Positions 1 to 10,176 of a stretch of 64,000 nt of DNA are shown here, one piece after another. Position numbers and translations under genes: made by a program. A model generated the notes under the pieces. It searched no databases, had not been told where the DNA came from, and saw nothing but the letters and a program-made list of their open reading frames with translations. The stretch is from NCBI GenBank assembly GCA_041690595.1, contig JAWLHB010000004.1:186001-250000 (forward strand), given 5' to 3'. The stretch comes from Lentisphaeria bacterium (GTDB taxonomy: Bacteria; Verrucomicrobiota; Lentisphaeria; JABSQK01; JAWLHB01). Every line of letters starts with the position of its first letter. The stretch's first letter is position 1.

Positions 1-1071
1 ACCTTGAGCACCTATCCGCTGGTTGTGCATCGCGGCAACATGGCAGCCATCAAAGCCGGGCGAAAATACCTGTGCTACACGGTTACGGGGGGAGCGGTGC
101 TTCTGGTGGCCGTCGTTTGGTTGCGTTCCCTGGCCGGGCCGATCGAATTCACGCAGGGCGGCTTTGTCAGGATCTTCGACGCTCTCCACCGGCCGCAGCT
201 TATCGTCATCTTCTGGTTGATGATCGGGGGACTTGGCGTCAAGGCGGCGCTGGTGCCGTTGCATGGCTGGCTGCCATCCGCGATGGTGGCGCCAGCACCG
301 GTGAGCGCGCTCCTGCACGCGGTCGCGGTAGTGAAGGCTGGAGCGTTTGGCATCATCCGGGTGATCTACGATGTTTACGGCGTCGAGTACGCGTCAACGC
401 TGGGCGTGCTGCCGCTGCTGGCCGCTGTCGCGGCCTTTACCATACTCTATGGATCGGCGCGAGCGCTCTATCAGGACGACCTGAAGCGACGGCTGGCTTT
501 CTCGACAGTCAGCCAGGTCTCCTATATTGTTCTGGGGGCGGCGATTTTCGGCCCGCTGGCGACTGCCGGCGGCATTGTCCACCTGGTGCATCAGGGGTTG
601 ATGAAGATCACGCTCTTTTTCTGCGCCGGCAATTTCGCGGAAGGAACGGGCGTTCACAAGATCAGTGAGATGAACGGCATCGGCCGACGGATGCCCTTGA
701 CGACGCTGGCCTTCACGGTTGGGGCATTCGGCATGATCGGCGTGCCGCCGGTTGCAGGCTTCGTGAGCAAGTGGTATCTGGGCATGGGTGCAATCCAGGC
801 CGGGCAATGGTGGGTGGTGTGGGTGCTGCTGGCCAGCTCGGCGCTAAATGCAGGCTATTTTCTGCCGATTCTGTATCGGGCATGGTTTCTGGAGCCCGCC
901 GGGTCCTGGCCCCACGATGTGCCCCATCCGCGCTGGGAAATCCGGATGACGTTGCTGGCGCCGGTGCTCATCACCGCGCTCCTCTCCCTGTGGGCGGGAA
1001 TCGGGGCCAACTTTCCGCTGAGTCCATTGCGGTGGGTTACGATCATCGTTACCAGGGAGTACCAGCCATGA
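1..1071 (+). CDS. Proton-conducting membrane transporter, MrpD/MnhD-like (complex I antiporter-like subunit); 5'-truncated by window edge
   Basis: Very hydrophobic; motifs GVKAALVPLHGWLPSAMVAPAPVSALLH, LKRRLAFSTVSQ, H..MKITLFFCAG, GVPPVAGFVSKW; stop overlaps next start (ATGA 1068-1071). Confidence 0.85.
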   Translation, partial: TLSTYPLVVHRGNMAAIKAGRKYLCYTVTGGAVLLVAVVWLRSLAGPIEFTQGGFVRIFDALHRPQLIVIFWLMIGGLGVKAALVPLHGWLPSAMVAPAPVSALLHAVAVVKAGAFGIIRVIYDVYGVEYASTLGVLPLLAAVAAFTILYGSARALYQDDLKRRLAFSTVSQVSYIVLGAAIFGPLATAGGIVHLVHQGLMKITLFFCAGNFAEGTGVHKISEMNGIGRRMPLTTLAFTVGAFGMIGVPPVAGFVSKWYLGMGAIQAGQWWVVWVLLASSALNAGYFLPILYRAWFLEPAGSWPHDVPHPRWEIRMTLLAPVLITALLSLWAGIGANFPLSPLRWVTIIVTREYQP

Positions 1072-2807
1072 CCGTACTGCTTGTTGGAATGGCCGTATTT
1101 GTGCCGTTGCTGCTGGCCATTGGGCTCTACTGGCCTCGCCGGACGAGTGGCATGGTCATGCGGCTTGCGCCGTGGGCGGCGTTGCCGGCACTGGTGCTGG
1201 CGATCGGCGGTGAAACGCCGATTTACACGATTGACTGGCTGCTGCTGGGAAGCAGTTGGGGCGTGGATCACACCGGCCGCATCTTTCTGGCGCTGACCGG
1301 GATGCTCTGGCTGATGAGCGGCATTTTCGCGGGCGGCTACATGGCCGACGATCCCAGGCGGCGGCGCTTTTTTCTCTCCTATCTGCTGGCCATGAGCGGC
1401 AATGTCGGGTTGATCCTGGCCCATGACATCGCCGGTTTCCTGAGCTTTTTCGCACTGATGAGCTTCGCCTCCTATGGCCTGGTGATCCATCAGGAGCGGT
1501 CGGAAGACTGGCGGGCGGGCCGGATCTATCTGGTTCTGGTGGTGATAGGTGAACTGCTGCTGGTTTCCGGCGCCCTTGTGGCCATAAGCCTGACCGAATC
1601 GGTCAGCTTTCCGGCGATTCGCGCCGGTCTGGCGGGCAGCCCGGCAGGCATTCTCGCAGCATGGCTGCTGCTACTGGGTTTCGGGGTGAAGCTGGGCCTG
1701 GTGCCGCTGCATGTCTGGCTTCCCCTGGCGCATCCGGCGGCGCCGACGCCCGCGAGCGCCGTCCTGAGCGGAGCCATGATCAAGGGAGGTCTGATCGGCA
1801 TGTTGCGTGTGCTGCCCTTCGGCGACGTGGCGCTGCCCATGGGCGAGCCCCTGATGTGGCTGGGCGTGGGGACGGCCATGGGAGCTGCGCTCTACGGCAT
1901 TCCGCACACGCATCCGAAGACGATCCTGGCCTATTCGAGCGTCAGCCAGATGGGGCTTGTCTTCGTGCTGCTGGGTGCAGGCTTGAGTACACCGACCGCG
2001 TGGCCGGCGCTGCTGCCGGCGATCCTGCTGGTGGCGGTCCATCATGCCATGGCCAAGGGAGCCCTCTTCCTCGGGGTAGGGGTGGCTGACTGCGAATGGC
2101 GCGCCCGCTGGCAGCGACGCCTGGTGGGTGGGACACTTGCCGTCCTTGGGCTGGCGCTGGCCGGCTTGCCCTTTACCAGTGGCGCTGCCGCCAAGCTCAT
2201 CCTCAAGAGCTCCATTGCCGAAGCCATGCCACCCGGCTTTGACGTGCTGGAATTTGTCTTGCCGCTGACAGGCATCACGACCACCTTGCTGATCAGTCGC
2301 TTTCTCTGCAGCGTCTGGCCGAAGGACGGTCACGGCCATCATGCGCCTCGGCCGGCGATATGGTTGCCCTGGGCGCTGCTGACGGCGGTCGTGCTCGTCC
2401 TGCCATGGATCGCCCTTGGCTGGGGCGGCAGACTTGCCTATGCCGTCAAGTGGTTGGCGCCGGAATACATGGTGAAGGCGATGTGGCCGATCGTGGCGGG
2501 GGGTGGCCTTATCGCGGCCTGGATGGTCAGTACCTGCTATTCGGTCCATCTGCGCCGGTGGCGGTTGCCCGCGGGAGACCTGCTGGTTGTGGCCTGCCAG
2601 TTGGCCGATCTGCTGCTGGAGGCATGGCGATTCCTGGTGGCGCGGCCTGCGGGGCGGCTCAACGATTCCATGCGATCCGGCCTGGAACAGATCGCCGATA
2701 CCTGGCACACGCTGCCTTTTGGAAAGGGTGTTCGCTATGAGCGCTGGGATCTGGCCGGCGCCTTGGTCCCCCTGCTGGGATTGCTGATCTGGCTGCTCGC
2801 CGGCTGA
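1068..2807 (+). CDS. Complex I subunit 5 family / HyfB-MrpD-like membrane subunit
   Basis: Start MTVLLVG at ATGA overlap (ORF track start 771 too long); motifs GFGVKLGLVPLHVWLPLAHPAAPTPASAVLSG, KTILAYSSVSQMG, HHAMAKGALF. Confidence 0.85.
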   Translation: MTVLLVGMAVFVPLLLAIGLYWPRRTSGMVMRLAPWAALPALVLAIGGETPIYTIDWLLLGSSWGVDHTGRIFLALTGMLWLMSGIFAGGYMADDPRRRRFFLSYLLAMSGNVGLILAHDIAGFLSFFALMSFASYGLVIHQERSEDWRAGRIYLVLVVIGELLLVSGALVAISLTESVSFPAIRAGLAGSPAGILAAWLLLLGFGVKLGLVPLHVWLPLAHPAAPTPASAVLSGAMIKGGLIGMLRVLPFGDVALPMGEPLMWLGVGTAMGAALYGIPHTHPKTILAYSSVSQMGLVFVLLGAGLSTPTAWPALLPAILLVAVHHAMAKGALFLGVGVADCEWRARWQRRLVGGTLAVLGLALAGLPFTSGAAAKLILKSSIAEAMPPGFDVLEFVLPLTGITTTLLISRFLCSVWPKDGHGHHAPRPAIWLPWALLTAVVLVLPWIALGWGGRLAYAVKWLAPEYMVKAMWPIVAGGGLIAAWMVSTCYSVHLRRWRLPAGDLLVVACQLADLLLEAWRFLVARPAGRLNDSMRSGLEQIADTWHTLPFGKGVRYERWDLAGALVPLLGLLIWLLAG

Positions 2808-2810
2808 CGA

Positions 2811-4385
2811 TCAGCCCGCCACCGGATGTTTGTGCGGCAGCATGGAGGTGAGAAGCAGCCCGATAATGGCCCCGGAGAAATGCGCCAGGAAGCTGACCTG
2901 GGGGGTGGAGAGGTCGAAGATGGTCTGGAAGCCGATGATCATGGCCACCAGCACGAGCCGTTCGCGAGCGTACTGGCTCCCTTGCCGACGCCACAACCGC
3001 CAGAAGATCGCTCCGGTTGCGCCGACCAGCCCCATGATGCAGCCCGAAGCGCCAACCACCATTTCCTGCACCCCACTCAGATGATTGACGAGGACGATGA
3101 GGAGCATCGAGCCGATGCCCGCGCCAAAGTAGACCACCAGAAAGCGCAGGCGTCCTAGAACTGCCGCCACATAGGGTCCAAAAATATAGAGGCCCAGCAT
3201 GTTGACGACGACGTGCAGAAGGCCCCAGTGCAGAAACATCGCGGCGATGACCCGCCACCACTGCCCCTGCTCGATTACCAGCCCCGACACCAGCGCCCCC
3301 ATGCGAAGCAGGGTCAGTTCGTTGGTGCTGCCGCCATTGAGGATCTCCCCGATGAAAACCACCACATTGAGCGCGACCAGGATCTCGATCACGCCGGAGG
3401 TGTGTGGCACGGCGCCGTCCTGCAGCGATTCCTCTTCGATCTCCTCGATATCGCGCTCGATGTCTCGCAGCAACTGCCAGTCATAGACGTTGAGGTGGTC
3501 GCCCGGCAAGTTGATGGGGCGCGCAAGTCGATAATCAATAGAGGCGCGAACAAGCGGTGTGGCCTCCTCGCGCAGGTCCATCAGCATTCGCCTCCCCGTG
3601 TGGCTTGCCCCGGCGGCCAGAAAGGCGACGGCGAGCCAGTAACGCTGCAATTCCGGTGGATTGCCCGCCAGTTGGCCCGTAAACAAGCGCGGCACCAGAT
3701 CCGCCCGGCCACAAAAGGCCGTGACGAAAAGCTGCACCTGCTGCCGGAACTGCCGGATGCCGCTGCCGACGATGAAGGTGCTCAGGTAGCGATAGGTCTC
3801 GACCAGGCGCGACAGCTCTCCCAGTTCCCCGAGCGCGCGCATGTACAATACGGTAAAGGCTGGCCGGGTCACCAGTTCCTGGAGAGCGTAGTGGCGCTCC
3901 AGCCATTCCAGGAGGTCGCGCCAGCGATGCTCCAGGCGAAGACGATGGCAGATTGCCTCATGCCCGATGAGGGTATCCTCGTTCGCAAGCTGATTCAGAC
4001 GGGCCATACCGGCATCGATATCACCACGCTGCACGGCGGCGAGAGCTTTCCAGAGCCGAGCCTGGCTGTACCAGTGGCGGGAAGGATGAACGACCTGAAG
4101 CAGGGCGGTCATGGTGGCCGCCGCCCCATACTGCTGTTCCGTCAGCAGGCGCTGAACCGCCCGATAGCCAAAGAGGGGCACAAGAATCATGAGGACCCAG
4201 AGCAGCGCCCCGAGATAGCCTGCCTGCTCCGGAACGGAGAGCATCATCCCCAGGGTCGCGCCAATGACCAGCCCAAAGGCGACCAGCCAGCCGCGGCGCT
4301 CCCCGCTCCCCCCCCGCAACACCCCGAAGATCCCGATGCCGGAGCTTCCCAGCACCGTCCACAGCAGCATATGATTCAAGTCCAT
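2811..4385 (-). CDS. Rhomboid intramembrane serine protease with long N-terminal TM plus helical (TPR-like) extension
   Basis: C-terminal WWR..A.FLH...LH..VN, catalytic GASG and AHFSG motifs. Confidence 0.85.
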   Translation of the reverse strand: MDLNHMLLWTVLGSSGIGIFGVLRGGSGERRGWLVAFGLVIGATLGMMLSVPEQAGYLGALLWVLMILVPLFGYRAVQRLLTEQQYGAAATMTALLQVVHPSRHWYSQARLWKALAAVQRGDIDAGMARLNQLANEDTLIGHEAICHRLRLEHRWRDLLEWLERHYALQELVTRPAFTVLYMRALGELGELSRLVETYRYLSTFIVGSGIRQFRQQVQLFVTAFCGRADLVPRLFTGQLAGNPPELQRYWLAVAFLAAGASHTGRRMLMDLREEATPLVRASIDYRLARPINLPGDHLNVYDWQLLRDIERDIEEIEEESLQDGAVPHTSGVIEILVALNVVVFIGEILNGGSTNELTLLRMGALVSGLVIEQGQWWRVIAAMFLHWGLLHVVVNMLGLYIFGPYVAAVLGRLRFLVVYFGAGIGSMLLIVLVNHLSGVQEMVVGASGCIMGLVGATGAIFWRLWRRQGSQYARERLVLVAMIIGFQTIFDLSTPQVSFLAHFSGAIIGLLLTSMLPHKHPVAG

Positions 4386-4410
4386 CCAAAAAAATCTTCA
4401 TGTAGAGTCG

Positions 4411-4438
4411 TTGCAATCACTCGCACACGTTATAATGT
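4411..4438 (+). promoter_or_regulatory. Putative sigma70-type promoter of rplM-rpsI
   Basis: TTGCAA at 4411 and TATAAT at 4431 (or TAATGT at 4433 with a 16-nt spacer) in an AT-rich intergenic region. Confidence 0.5.
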
Positions 4439-4523
4439 ATGCGTTTCGCCGGATTCTGATCATCTTACGAATGCCACCCGGCAGACGGCATTGCAAAACG
4501 CTTAGCTAAAAAACGGTCAACTT

Positions 4524-4952
4524 ATGAAAACCTACTTGCCGAAGGTCGACGAAATTCAGCGCCGCTGGTACATCGTTGATGCCGAAGGCCTGATCCTCGG
4601 CCGCCTCGCGGTGCGGATTGCCGAAGTCCTCCGCGGCCGCCATAAGCCGACATACACGCCCCACCTCGATACAGGCGATTTCATCGTCGTCATCAATGCA
4701 GACAAAGTGCAGATGACCGGGCGCAAGAACGAAGACAAGAAGTACTTGAGCTATTCAGGCTGGATGGGCGGACAGAAGGAATGCACCGCCGCGCAGCTGC
4801 GTGAACGTCATCCCGAACAGCTCATCGAGAAGGCCGTCTGGGGCATGATGCCGCACGGTAAACTGGGCCGCGCCCAGTTCCGCAAGCTCAAAGTCTATGC
4901 CGGTCCCGAGCACCGTCATACCGCCCAGAATCCCGAACCGCTCGAGATCTGA
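4524..4952 (+). CDS. rplM: 50S ribosomal protein L13
   Basis: WYIVDA.G.ILGRLA..IA..LRG.HKPTYTPH.DTGD...VINA; KLKVYAGPEH.H.AQ.P. Confidence 0.98.
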   Translation: MKTYLPKVDEIQRRWYIVDAEGLILGRLAVRIAEVLRGRHKPTYTPHLDTGDFIVVINADKVQMTGRKNEDKKYLSYSGWMGGQKECTAAQLRERHPEQLIEKAVWGMMPHGKLGRAQFRKLKVYAGPEHRHTAQNPEPLEI

Positions 4953-4982
4953 TAGAGCTAAACAGAAGCACGAGGTAACCTC

Positions 4983-5378
4983 ATGGCAGGTTTGGATTAC
5001 ATCTGGGCGACGGGTCGACGCAAATGCGCCAGCGCCCAGGTTCGCATTGCCACCGGCAACGGTAAAGTTGTCATCAACGGCAAGCCCTTCGAAGATCATT
5101 TTTCAGTCGAAACCACGCGCGGCTACATTCAGCAGCCGCTGCAGGTCACCGGCACGCTCGATCGCTACGACATCGTCGTCACCGTCAAAGGCGGCGGATT
5201 GATGGGACAGGCCGGTGCCGTCCGTCATGGACTGGCACGGGCTCTGGTGAAAAGCGATTCGGCCTATCGCGGCGTCTTGAAAGAGAGCGGCATGATGACA
5301 CGCGACTCGCGGGTCAAGGAACGCAAGAAGCCCGGTCAGCCCGGTGCCCGCAAGCGCTTCCAGTTCTCCAAGCGTTAG
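4983..5378 (+). CDS. rpsI: 30S ribosomal protein S9
   Basis: TGRRK, VKGGG..GQAGA.RHG.ARAL, TRDSRVKERKK.G...ARK.FQFSKR; follows rplM. Confidence 0.98.
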   Translation: MAGLDYIWATGRRKCASAQVRIATGNGKVVINGKPFEDHFSVETTRGYIQQPLQVTGTLDRYDIVVTVKGGGLMGQAGAVRHGLARALVKSDSAYRGVLKESGMMTRDSRVKERKKPGQPGARKRFQFSKR

Positions 5379-5412
5379 ATTGTTTTTTGCCGTCAGTCGG
5401 CAGATGATCGAC

Positions 5413-5453
5413 AAGACCCCGTGTGGCGTGTGCCACTCGGGGTTTTGCTTTTT
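5413..5453 (+). terminator. Intrinsic terminator after rpsI
   Basis: Hairpin AAGACCCCG-T-GTGGC/GTGT/GCCAC-T-CGGGGTTTT followed by a T-rich tract. Confidence 0.75.
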
Positions 5454-5532
5454 CCGGGGGGCGGGGCTACAGTGGCGCCCCGCGACAGGTCAAGCCTCTA
5501 CAAGAAAGCAAATGATCAGACCGGGATGACTC

Positions 5533-7341
5533 ATGGGGTTCTTGAAATGGATTGTCGTACTGCTAACGCCGGTAGCGCTCGTGGCCGCCGTGTGGGCGGG
5601 CGACAGGCTGCTCACGCGGCCGGATCGGGCGGTAGTCGAGCGCGTTAAGGGCGATCTGCTGACTGTGCAGGATGCACTGCTGCGTTTCGAGTATGAGCAT
5701 GGCTACCTGCCCGAGGAACTGAGCGCGCTGGTACCCCTTTACCTGCGCCAGGATCACCTTGTGGGCGGCAGGGAGGATACTTACGTCTACGAGCGTTCCG
5801 CCCGCCGCTTGATACGGGCCGAAGCGCTGACGGTGCGGGGTATCTGGCAACGCGAAATCAGGCTGGAGCGGGCACTGCCTGCCGCGCCCGATCTTCAGGA
5901 CGTCTTTCTGCTCGAAGAGACCGTGGATCAACTGCTGGTGCCGGTGGGCCCCTCTTTGACGCAGCCTCCCGACGGCGCCTTTGTTTTCGAAGGCGAATGG
6001 TATTCGGAAATGACGTATGGCTGGGAAGTGCGTGCCGACCCGGCCAGCTCCCGGGGCGCTTACATTCATTGCAAGGAAGGAATCGGCAACGGTCCGGGCC
6101 AGATTCATTCGGGTGTTTACGATTTCTACAACATCGAAGAGAGTGCCGAGTACTCGTCGCTCTCCTACCATATTCGGATTCCGACGGCCGGCCGCTATTA
6201 TCTGTACGGTCGCATGTGGACCACCGGTTCCCACTGTTCGAACATCGTCATCGCGGGTGTCAACACGACCGATCCCAGCACCGCGAGTTCGGGGGATTAT
6301 GCGGGGGCCAGCATGGCCAATACGACTCCCTTTCGCTGGGTGTGGACCGCGGCCGGCGACCGCCCGCACTACCTGGAGGCGGGTGATCATAAGATTCACA
6401 TCTTCATTCACGAGGACGGTATTCGACTCGACCAGCTGGCCCTGTCGCCGATGCCGCTGGAAGGTGATACGGCCTACGAGCCGAACCTGTATCCGAACCG
6501 CGGTACGGCCTTTGCGGCTGCCGCCGAGACCCCTGTCGACCTCACCTTTGACCTCGAATCGGTGGTTCTGGAGCCCGCCTGCCCGCCTCGAGGCAATCTG
6601 GTTCTGCGCCGAGTGCTTCCCGCTGAGGGGCTGCTGATGGTGGACATCTACCTGGATGAAGCGCCAACGGGACGCGAGGATGGGCGTCTGCGTCACTACG
6701 AACTACCCTTGGAGAGCCTGCCGGAAATCGCCTTTTTGCCCCTGGGGCTGGAGGGGCTGGAGCTGGAGGGGTTACCGCGGCGGGAGTACCTGCTGCGGGC
6801 GGTGGCAAAGCTGGGCGGCGAGGTGGTCGCAGAGTGTCATGTCCCCTTGATGCGCCCCTTCGCCTGGGAGGTCTCGCCGGTCTTTGATTTCCTGGAGGTG
6901 AACGCCAAAGGGCCACTCGATCCCGGCATCGCGGCTGACGCGGTGGAATGGACGCCGCTTGCCTGTGACAAGTTCGACGTCTTCGGCGTTCTCGACTTCG
7001 GCCTGCAGACCACGGGCAACAGCCTCCATGCCTCGCAGTGGAAGACCATCTATGCCCGCACCAGCATCGAGGTGCCCACTGCAGGGCACTACCTCTTCAA
7101 GATTCAGTCCGACGACCAGATGCTTCTCTGGATCGACGGCAAGCTGTTGCATCGGCATGAGCAGCGTGCGCCGGTGACACGCTCGGCGGCACGGCCGAAA
7201 ATCAGCCTGGGTGCCGGCCGCCACACGATGCTCATGCGGGTCAATCAGGCGGGCGAGAGCGCCTGGCATGATGGGCGCTGGCAAGCCACCGTGCGCATTC
7301 GCACGCTCGATGACCGCCTTTCAACCGTCTTCGGCAACTGA
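5533..7341 (+). CDS. Membrane-anchored hypothetical protein: GspG/pseudopilin-like helical segment, CBM-like beta-sandwich, C-terminal PA14-like domain
   Basis: N-terminal TM; ALLRFEYEHGYLPEELSALVP.YL; FEGE...Y.I.IPTAGRYYLYGR...EDG.RLDQL; PTAGHYLFKIQSDDQMLLWIDG. Confidence 0.6.
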   Translation: MGFLKWIVVLLTPVALVAAVWAGDRLLTRPDRAVVERVKGDLLTVQDALLRFEYEHGYLPEELSALVPLYLRQDHLVGGREDTYVYERSARRLIRAEALTVRGIWQREIRLERALPAAPDLQDVFLLEETVDQLLVPVGPSLTQPPDGAFVFEGEWYSEMTYGWEVRADPASSRGAYIHCKEGIGNGPGQIHSGVYDFYNIEESAEYSSLSYHIRIPTAGRYYLYGRMWTTGSHCSNIVIAGVNTTDPSTASSGDYAGASMANTTPFRWVWTAAGDRPHYLEAGDHKIHIFIHEDGIRLDQLALSPMPLEGDTAYEPNLYPNRGTAFAAAAETPVDLTFDLESVVLEPACPPRGNLVLRRVLPAEGLLMVDIYLDEAPTGREDGRLRHYELPLESLPEIAFLPLGLEGLELEGLPRREYLLRAVAKLGGEVVAECHVPLMRPFAWEVSPVFDFLEVNAKGPLDPGIAADAVEWTPLACDKFDVFGVLDFGLQTTGNSLHASQWKTIYARTSIEVPTAGHYLFKIQSDDQMLLWIDGKLLHRHEQRAPVTRSAARPKISLGAGRHTMLMRVNQAGESAWHDGRWQATVRIRTLDDRLSTVFGN

Positions 7342-7459
7342 TCCAGCCATCCATGTGGCACCGGAGTGGCAAGTCTGCGCATTCGAGAGGTTGAGAGTGG
7401 CGAAAAGAGTGGCATATTAGCGGTTTTCCGCAATCGCCCCCGGAACAAGGCAGCTCGTC

Positions 7460-7945
7460 ATGGTAAACGTCCTATTCGTGTGCAGCGGCAATCATTGCCG
7501 CAGTCCGATGGCAGAGGCCTGGTTCCAGCACCTGTGCAGGCAGGCAGGTGTGAGCGAGGAGGTGGTTGCGGTGGGCTCGGCAGGCACGGGTGCGATGCAC
7601 GGTTCCCCCGCTAACGCGTCTGTTGTCGCGGTGCTGGCGGCGGAGGGGATCGATATCGCGGCGTTCCGTGGCCGCCAGATCAATGATCGCCTGGTCGAGG
7701 AAGCGACGCTCATCGTGGTCATGGCCCAGTCGCAACGCGAGTATATTGCCTGGCTCTGGCCGGAAGCTGAAGATCGTCTGGTCAACCTGCTCGACTTCGT
7801 TGGCGAAGAGGACGATGTTCCCGATCCATTGGGCGGTACGGAAGCTGACTTCGCCACCTGCCTTCAGAACATGAAACCGGCTTTGACTGCTTTGCTTTCA
7901 CATCTCCATTCCCATTACCTTGGCAAAGGACACGATTCACCATGA
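7460..7945 (+). CDS. Low-molecular-weight protein tyrosine/arginine phosphatase
   Basis: P-loop [27 protein letters not shown]. Confidence 0.9.
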   Translation: MVNVLFVCSGNHCRSPMAEAWFQHLCRQAGVSEEVVAVGSAGTGAMHGSPANASVVAVLAAEGIDIAAFRGRQINDRLVEEATLIVVMAQSQREYIAWLWPEAEDRLVNLLDFVGEEDDVPDPLGGTEADFATCLQNMKPALTALLSHLHSHYLGKGHDSP

Positions 7946-9663
7946 GACCTCTTGAGGACTTTCTCGATACTCCCGCTTTCACCCTTGTGATCGGCTCCGA
8001 CCACGGCGGATTCGAGGTCAAGGCGCACCTGATCGATCACCTCCGCGCCAAAGGCGTCACCGTCGACGACGTAGGCCCCTGTCAGCTGAATCCGGCGGAC
8101 GACTATCCGGACTTTGCGGGGATTGTCGGGCGGCAAATTGCCGCGGGTGAGGCCGATTGCGGCATTCTGATCTGCCGCGCCGGCATTGGCATGAGTATCA
8201 ATGCCAATCGTTTTCACCATGTGCGGGCAGCCCTTGTGCTGAACGAAAAGATGGCTCGGGTCAGCCGTGACCACAACTGCTCGAATGTGCTGGTGACTGG
8301 GGGGGACGGCATGGCGCTGGAGCAGGTATGCGCTATTGTCGATGCATGGTTGAGCACGCCCTATTCGGGTGAAGGGCGTCACACACGCCGCCTGGAGAAG
8401 ATCGAGCAGAACTCGTACGACCCGATTTTCGCCGTGCGGGACGAGGATCCGGAAATTGCCCGATTGCTGGATCTGGAGCAGGATCGCCAGAACGAGAAGC
8501 TGGAGATGATCGCTTCGGAGAATACTTGCTCTCCCGCGGTGCGTGCCGCTCAGGGGAGCTCTCTCACCGACAAGTATGCGGAGGGGTATCCCGGCAAGCG
8601 CTACTACGGCGGCTGTGAATTCGTTGACGAGGTGGAGACACTTGCCATCGAACGCGCCAAAGAGCTTTTCGGGGCGGAGGCCGTCAATGTGCAGCCGCAT
8701 TCCGGCAGCCAGGCCAACATGGCCGCCTATTTCGCGCTGCTCGAGCCGGGCGCGAAGATCCTGGCCATGGATCTGGCCCATGGCGGGCACCTGACGCACG
8801 GCATGCATCTCAATTTCAGCGGCCGCCTCTTCGACTTTGTCTCCTACGGGGTCGAGAAGGAGACGGAACGACTGGATTACGACAAGATCGCGGCGCTCGC
8901 CCTCGAGCATCACCCGCAGATGCTGCTGGCTGGGGCCAGTGCCTACCCCCGTATCTTCGACTTCGAGCGCCTGCGCGCCATCGCCGACAGCGTCGGGGCT
9001 TATCTCATGGTCGACATGGCGCATATTGCCGGGCTGGTGGCTGCGGGTGTCCATCCCAGTCCCGTTCCCTTTGCCGACGTGGTGACGACGACCACGCACA
9101 AGACGCTGCGCGGCCCGCGTGGAGGGATGGTTCTCTGCCGGGAGAAGTACATAAAGAAGATCAACTCGCAGGTCTTTCCGGGTCTGCAGGGTGGGCCGCT
9201 GATGCACGTCATCGCGGCGAAGGCGATCTGCTTCAAGGAAGCGCTGCAGGATGAATTCAAGGCCTATCAGCGGCAGGTGGTGGCGAATGCGACCGCCCTG
9301 GCCGAAGCGTTGCAGGAGCATGGCTTCCGCATTGTCTCTGGCGGTACGGACAACCACCTGATGCTGGTGGACATGCGGAGCAAGGGCACGACGGGTAAGT
9401 TGGCGGAGCTGGCACTCGATCATGCCGGCATCACCGCCAACAAGAACCTGATCCCCTTCGATCCGGAGAAGCCCTTCGTGACGAGCGGTGTGCGCCTTGG
9501 AACCCCGGCCGTCACCACTCGCGGCATGAAGGAACCGCAAATGCGGCAGATAGCCGGGTGGATCGATCGTATAGTAAGCAGCGTCGACGATGTGTCGGTG
9601 CAGGAAGAGGTTCGCGGCGAGGTGAGTGAGTTGACCTCGCGCTTTCGCCTGCCAACCTTCTGA
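7942..9663 (+). CDS. glyA: Fused ribose-5-phosphate isomerase B / serine hydroxymethyltransferase
   Basis: N-terminal RpiB motifs [40 protein letters not shown]-terminal SHMT motifs [43 protein letters not shown]. Confidence 0.95.
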   Translation: MRPLEDFLDTPAFTLVIGSDHGGFEVKAHLIDHLRAKGVTVDDVGPCQLNPADDYPDFAGIVGRQIAAGEADCGILICRAGIGMSINANRFHHVRAALVLNEKMARVSRDHNCSNVLVTGGDGMALEQVCAIVDAWLSTPYSGEGRHTRRLEKIEQNSYDPIFAVRDEDPEIARLLDLEQDRQNEKLEMIASENTCSPAVRAAQGSSLTDKYAEGYPGKRYYGGCEFVDEVETLAIERAKELFGAEAVNVQPHSGSQANMAAYFALLEPGAKILAMDLAHGGHLTHGMHLNFSGRLFDFVSYGVEKETERLDYDKIAALALEHHPQMLLAGASAYPRIFDFERLRAIADSVGAYLMVDMAHIAGLVAAGVHPSPVPFADVVTTTTHKTLRGPRGGMVLCREKYIKKINSQVFPGLQGGPLMHVIAAKAICFKEALQDEFKAYQRQVVANATALAEALQEHGFRIVSGGTDNHLMLVDMRSKGTTGKLAELALDHAGITANKNLIPFDPEKPFVTSGVRLGTPAVTTRGMKEPQMRQIAGWIDRIVSSVDDVSVQEEVRGEVSELTSRFRLPTF

Positions 9664-9699
9664 TTGAAATCCCTCAGCAGCCAGAAAGGATAGCTGATC

Positions 9700-10176
9700 A
9701 TGTACGAGAAGAGTCTTTTGATTGTAAAGCCCGATGGTGTGCAGCGCGGCCTGACGGGCCGGATCCTGCAGCGCTTCGAAGATTGTGGTATGAAGCTGTT
9801 GGCGATGCGCCTGGAAATCGCGCCGCGAGAACGGGTCGAGTCGCACTATGCGGAGCATCGCGGCAAGCCTTTCTTCGACGGCATCGTCACGTACATGAGC
9901 CAGGGGCCGATTGTGGTCTTCGTGCTGGGTGGAGTCGGGGCGATCGCCAAGATCCGCCAGTTGGTCGGTGCGACGACCCCGACCGAGGCCGCGCCTGGAA
10001 CCATCCGCGGCGATCTGGCGCATCAGGACAGAGAGTCCGGCAAGGACCGACCGATCTTCAACCTCATCCATGCTTCGGCCAACGCTGAAGACGCTGAGCG
10101 TGAAGTGGCCCTCTGGTTCGCGCCGGAAGAGGTGCTCGAGTATACGAAGCCTGACGACTACTTCCATGGCCGATGA
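9700..10176 (+). CDS. ndk: Nucleoside diphosphate kinase
   Basis: IVKPDGVQRGL.G.I..RFE, HYAEH.GKPFF, PGTIRGD, N.IHAS. Confidence 0.95.
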   Translation: MYEKSLLIVKPDGVQRGLTGRILQRFEDCGMKLLAMRLEIAPRERVESHYAEHRGKPFFDGIVTYMSQGPIVVFVLGGVGAIAKIRQLVGATTPTEAAPGTIRGDLAHQDRESGKDRPIFNLIHASANAEDAEREVALWFAPEEVLEYTKPDDYFHGR

